Shown: positions 51,011-54,490 of the stretch, one piece after another
Layout of the letters: every line of letters starts with the position of its first letter
Numbering within the stretch: position 1 is the first letter of the stretch
IMG/VR virus record: IMGVR_UViG_3300036861_000394
Span: 1-54,490 of that record
DNA: 54,490 nucleotides
Strand: one strand, 5' to 3'
DNA from: a virus
Taxonomy: Duplodnaviria > Caudoviricetes
Notes under the pieces: model-generated
The model's input: only the letters and a program-made list of their open reading frames with translations
Database searches by the model: none
Told to the model about the DNA's origin: nothing
Program-made: the position numbers and the translations under genes

Positions 51011-53893
51011 CTAGAACCTGCCTGATCGACGGCGCTCGTCAGCCTTGCGTCCGAGCTTCATGCCGATGTCGTCGGCCGCGCCCGAGAACTCGACTCGCAC
51101 GAACTGCTTGAGCCAGGCCATCGCCTCATCCTCGACAATGATGTCCACGTTTACATCGCCGATCGAGCCGCCGTCGCCGCCGGAGCGCACGCCCGAGGGC
51201 GTGATGCGCTCGCCCGCATGAACCATCGCGAGACCCGTCTCAGGAACGTGGAGAGTGCCCTTCTGGAAGGAGCCGATGATTCCAAGCTGGGCAGTCTGGA
51301 TGCCGAGCGCGAGGCGCAGTTGACCGATGATGCGCTTCAGTTCCTCCGCGTCCTCGCCGCCTCCGCCCGGCGGAGCACTCGGCGGGAGCGTCGTTCCCGA
51401 AACATCCTTCCGCTCGGCCCGCAGGCGCTCCTCGTCAAGCTCGACCCCGCGGCGCTCGAAACGGATCTCGTGACCGAGGTTGTGGCGCACTGTGTCGAGG
51501 TCGCTGGACAACTCGCTCACTTGGCCGCTGAGATTGGAGGCGCGCGACTCGTGCCCCGACTGCTGACGCTCAAGGCGCGAGATCAGGTTCTCATTCGGCC
51601 TCTTCTTACGCCGCTCGGCCGTGATCTGACGAGCGAGTGTGCGAGCGGCGCGAGTCTCGGCGCGGATCTGGTCACGGAGCGCGGCGATGGCCTTGCGCAA
51701 TGCTGCGATCGCCTTCCGAAGCTCGGCCTTCTCCTCATCGACGAGCGCCAGCATCCGGTCGCGGTGAGCAAGTAGCTGGTCAATCTCGCCTAGCCGCTGG
51801 TCGATCGCGGCATTGTCGATTCGCTCCAGCCCCGTCGCCGGATCGGTGACGATGTAGGTCTCCTGCGAGATGTCGAAGGTCTCGACCATCTGCCCGTATT
51901 CGCGGTCGAGATCCTCCTCGCGCTGGTTGATCGCCTCGACGCCGGAGAAGAGTGCGCGGGCCTTGCGGACCTTGCCTCGGGTACGGCGGCGCGAGTGGGG
52001 AGAGCGGGATGCGCGCTTGCGCTTGGGCTTGGGCCTGCCGACGATGCCGCCGCCTGCGAAGCTCGGACCTTCCGCTCCGGTGAAACCAAAGAAGTTCGCG
52101 ATCGCGCCCTGTCCGCCGAGTGCCGCCTGCTGAGCCTGGTTGAGGACGACCTCCCCCGCGTGCGCGAGGATAACTACCGGATCACCGGAAGAACCCGGAA
52201 CGAATCCACCATGCTGGCGAAAGGGCAGGAGTTTGTCGGCGAGTCCACGACCGGGAATGCTGGGCAGATGCGGCGTCGGGATGCTGCGGATCGCATCCGA
52301 GAGCGCCTCTACCGCCCGCCGAACTGCATCGAACGCGGCTTCGAGCGCGTGAAGGATCGCCATGATGACTCTTGCAGTACCGCGGAAGATGGCTGCGGCG
52401 GCGCTCAGCCCCGACGAGATGGCGCTAGCAACGACTTGGACGGCTGGCGCGATCGCTCGCATGGCCTGGATGACCAGGAAGGAAACAGTTCGCATACCAG
52501 CCGCCCAGGCCCGAACGGTGAGGAGCATCGCTAAAAACGCCACTTTAAAGAGCGGGGCAAGCGCGCGGATCAGCGGCATGAAGGTAACGACCGTCTGTCG
52601 CACGGCTGCGAACTCCGCGCGCACAGCCGCCCAGACAGCCCGGACAGTGGAGGCGATCTGCGGCCAGTTGGCGCGAATGAATTCGGCGAGACGTCGCGCG
52701 GCCTGGGCGAGCTGATCGAAGTAAGGATGCGCCGCCGTGAGTGCTGATCGAACAGCCGCGACCGTTTGCTGGACAACCGAGCGAATCTGCGGCATGTAGC
52801 GATTGATCGTCGTTGCCAGAACGGAAGCGCCCTGTGCGGCCTTGATGAGCGCGGGGAAGAGAAGCGTCCCAAGCGGAATCGCGGCAGCGGTGAGGGATGC
52901 CTTTGCGCGCTGCCACTGGAATGAGATCGACTTCGCCTGTTCGGCGAATGCTCGCTGAGTTGCGCCGACACCCTCGGTTGCAGTACCCATCCCGCGAACG
53001 AGGTCGGTGTATTCACCGAGGTTCTTGCCCGTCAGGTTGATGATGCCGCGCAAGCCGCGAATGTCACCGAACCAGGACGCGAGGATCTCCTGGTTTCCGT
53101 GCGCGTCCTTGGAGAGACGACGCATGACGCCGGAGAGGCCGAGATGCGCGACCGCCGCCTGACCCGACTCGTAGCCCATCTTCTTGAACTCGGCCGCAAG
53201 CTCGTCGGTCGGCTTAATCATCGAGGTCAAGATGCGCGCGACCTGGGTCGAAGCCTCGGCCATGCTCGTCCCGTGGCGGGTGATGAGGGCGAGGGCAGCG
53301 GAGACCTCGCTGAAAGGCACCTTGAGCGCTGCGGCTGCCGGGGCCGTGTCGCCGATGTTCTGCGCGAGTTCCTCGAAGGTGTTGACGCCGAGGTTGACTT
53401 CCTGGAAGAGAACGTCCGAAACCTCTCGTGCCTTGCCCGCTTCAAGGCCATAGGCGTTGAGGATCGCCACGACGGCCTTAGTTGCAGTCGCGGTATCGGT
53501 CAGACCGGCGGTCGCGGCTTTCGCCGAAGCGGCGAGAATCTTCAGGCCCGCCTGCGCCTTGAAGCCCGAGGACACAATCTGGTAGAGACCCTCGGCCAGC
53601 GTCTTCGGAGCCTGCCCGGTCGCACCTGCGAGCTTTAAGACCTCTTTCGAGAGTGAGGCGAACTGCTTTTCGGAAAGCTGCGCGATCGCGTTGACATTGC
53701 GCATCGACCGATCGAAATCGACCGCGGCCTTGACCGCGAGGCCGAGGGCGCCGACAACGGCGGTCCCGACCGCGGCTGCGGCAAGCGTCGCCGTTCGTCC
53801 GAGACTTGAGAAGCCGCTCTGCAACCGTGAGACAGAGCGGACGGCGCTCGATGCATCGCCGAGGAAGAGAACGCGAACCGAACTCTCAGCCAC
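51011..53893 (-). CDS. Tape measure protein (TP901 family)
   Basis: F...M.NV.AI, LA.GLY...S.G, DVL...V..G..TF.ELA; Ala-rich helical repeats. Confidence 0.95.
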   Translation of the reverse strand: MAESSVRVLFLGDASSAVRSVSRLQSGFSSLGRTATLAAAAVGTAVVGALGLAVKAAVDFDRSMRNVNAIAQLSEKQFASLSKEVLKLAGATGQAPKTLAEGLYQIVSSGFKAQAGLKILAASAKAATAGLTDTATATKAVVAILNAYGLEAGKAREVSDVLFQEVNLGVNTFEELAQNIGDTAPAAAALKVPFSEVSAALALITRHGTSMAEASTQVARILTSMIKPTDELAAEFKKMGYESGQAAVAHLGLSGVMRRLSKDAHGNQEILASWFGDIRGLRGIINLTGKNLGEYTDLVRGMGTATEGVGATQRAFAEQAKSISFQWQRAKASLTAAAIPLGTLLFPALIKAAQGASVLATTINRYMPQIRSVVQQTVAAVRSALTAAHPYFDQLAQAARRLAEFIRANWPQIASTVRAVWAAVRAEFAAVRQTVVTFMPLIRALAPLFKVAFLAMLLTVRAWAAGMRTVSFLVIQAMRAIAPAVQVVASAISSGLSAAAAIFRGTARVIMAILHALEAAFDAVRRAVEALSDAIRSIPTPHLPSIPGRGLADKLLPFRQHGGFVPGSSGDPVVILAHAGEVVLNQAQQAALGGQGAIANFFGFTGAEGPSFAGGGIVGRPKPKRKRASRSPHSRRRTRGKVRKARALFSGVEAINQREEDLDREYGQMVETFDISQETYIVTDPATGLERIDNAAIDQRLGEIDQLLAHRDRMLALVDEEKAELRKAIAALRKAIAALRDQIRAETRAARTLARQITAERRKKRPNENLISRLERQQSGHESRASNLSGQVSELSSDLDTVRHNLGHEIRFERRGVELDEERLRAERKDVSGTTLPPSAPPGGGGEDAEELKRIIGQLRLALGIQTAQLGIIGSFQKGTLHVPETGLAMVHAGERITPSGVRSGGDGGSIGDVNVDIIVEDEAMAWLKQFVRVEFSGAADDIGMKLGRKADERRRSGRF

Positions 53894-54094
53894 CTAACCT
53901 GCCTTCTTGCGCTCCCACTCGGAGCGTGCCTGCGCGTTGCGGCGCTGGATGTGCCGCTTGATGGCGAGTCGTTGCCACTCCCGGAACTCGGGCAGCGTGA
54001 TCCGCCGCCAGTAATCAGGCGGGAAGCGGAACTCGTCTACGAGGATTGCGAGCCACTCGACCGCTTCGATCGTTTGGCTCGCTTGGGAGGGTCC
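53894..54094 (-). CDS. -1 frame extension of the tail assembly chaperone
   Basis: Open frame ...AVEWLAILVDEFRFPPDYWRRITLPEFREW...KKAG stops immediately before the tape measure start. Confidence 0.65.
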   Translation of the reverse strand, partial: GPSQASQTIEAVEWLAILVDEFRFPPDYWRRITLPEFREWQRLAIKRHIQRRNAQARSEWERKKAG

Positions 54095-54429
54095 GGCTCT
54101 TCGCCCTCGGCCTCCTGGCCGAAGTTGTATTGGCGGAGCAGTTCCGCGACGAAGTGCTGGACACCGATGACGCCGAAGGGACTGGCCTTAATGTTGGGAT
54201 CGCGCATCCGAAGGAGACTCAGTACCTCTTCATCCAATTCCCGGAGGATCTCTAGCCCGATCGCGTCCGCCTCTTCCTCGTCTGACCCCTCGGCCCGCTC
54301 AAAGAGCGAGGCGATCTTAAGAATCAGTTCGAGTGGCGGATCTCCGGGTGCAACAAAACGCTGCCCCCCGGGCATCTCAAACGTGAGATCCTCGGGGAGC
54401 AGCGCTCCGAGCTTGATGATTTTTGCCAA
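54037..54429 (-). CDS. Tail assembly chaperone
   Basis: 130 aa between the tail tube and tape measure genes. Confidence 0.8.
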   Translation of the reverse strand: MAKIIKLGALLPEDLTFEMPGGQRFVAPGDPPLELILKIASLFERAEGSDEEEADAIGLEILRELDEEVLSLLRMRDPNIKASPFGVIGVQHFVAELLRQYNFGQEAEGEEPDPPKRAKRSKRSSGSQSS

Positions 54430-54490
54430 AGGAGGGCTCCTTTCGGGTATGCTCCGTTAGTTGTGATCCGCCGCCTCTTCTTCATCGCGT
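54364..54490. repeat. Terminal direct repeat (copy of 1..127)
   Basis: Identical sequence. Confidence 0.95.

Overview
This is an apparently complete, circular genome (54,363 bp plus a 127-bp assembly overlap) of a high-GC temperate siphovirus. The host is probably an actinobacterium; this is inferred from GC content, leaderless promoters and gene families, not proven. Almost all genes lie on the minus strand. In transcription order they are: an XRE-like repressor (plus strand), a RecE-like exonuclease and Sak4-like ATPase, a tyrosine integrase with an attP that copies a tmRNA 3' end, two DNA methyltransferases, a repeat-joined small-gene array, a replication initiator, a Q-like regulator, terminase, Mu-like head genes, a 1073-aa glycosyltransferase/methyltransferase, tail genes, lysis genes, an exonuclease and a MazG-like gene. 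Five observations stand out. (1) Both methyltransferase ORFs stay open across nested passenger genes that have their own promoter-like signals: an HNH nuclease in the +1 frame and a 47-aa antisense gene. (2) A GT2-TPR-MTase-GT4 protein sits behind the capsid gene, and virion proteins look rich in A/G-S/T dipeptides, suggesting virion glycosylation. (3) A cassette array is joined by conserved SD/stop-start junction repeats. (4) A lambda pR'/tR'/Q-like late switch is present. (5) A degenerate tRNA-His lies just after terL. All calls come from motif reading by eye; no searches were run.
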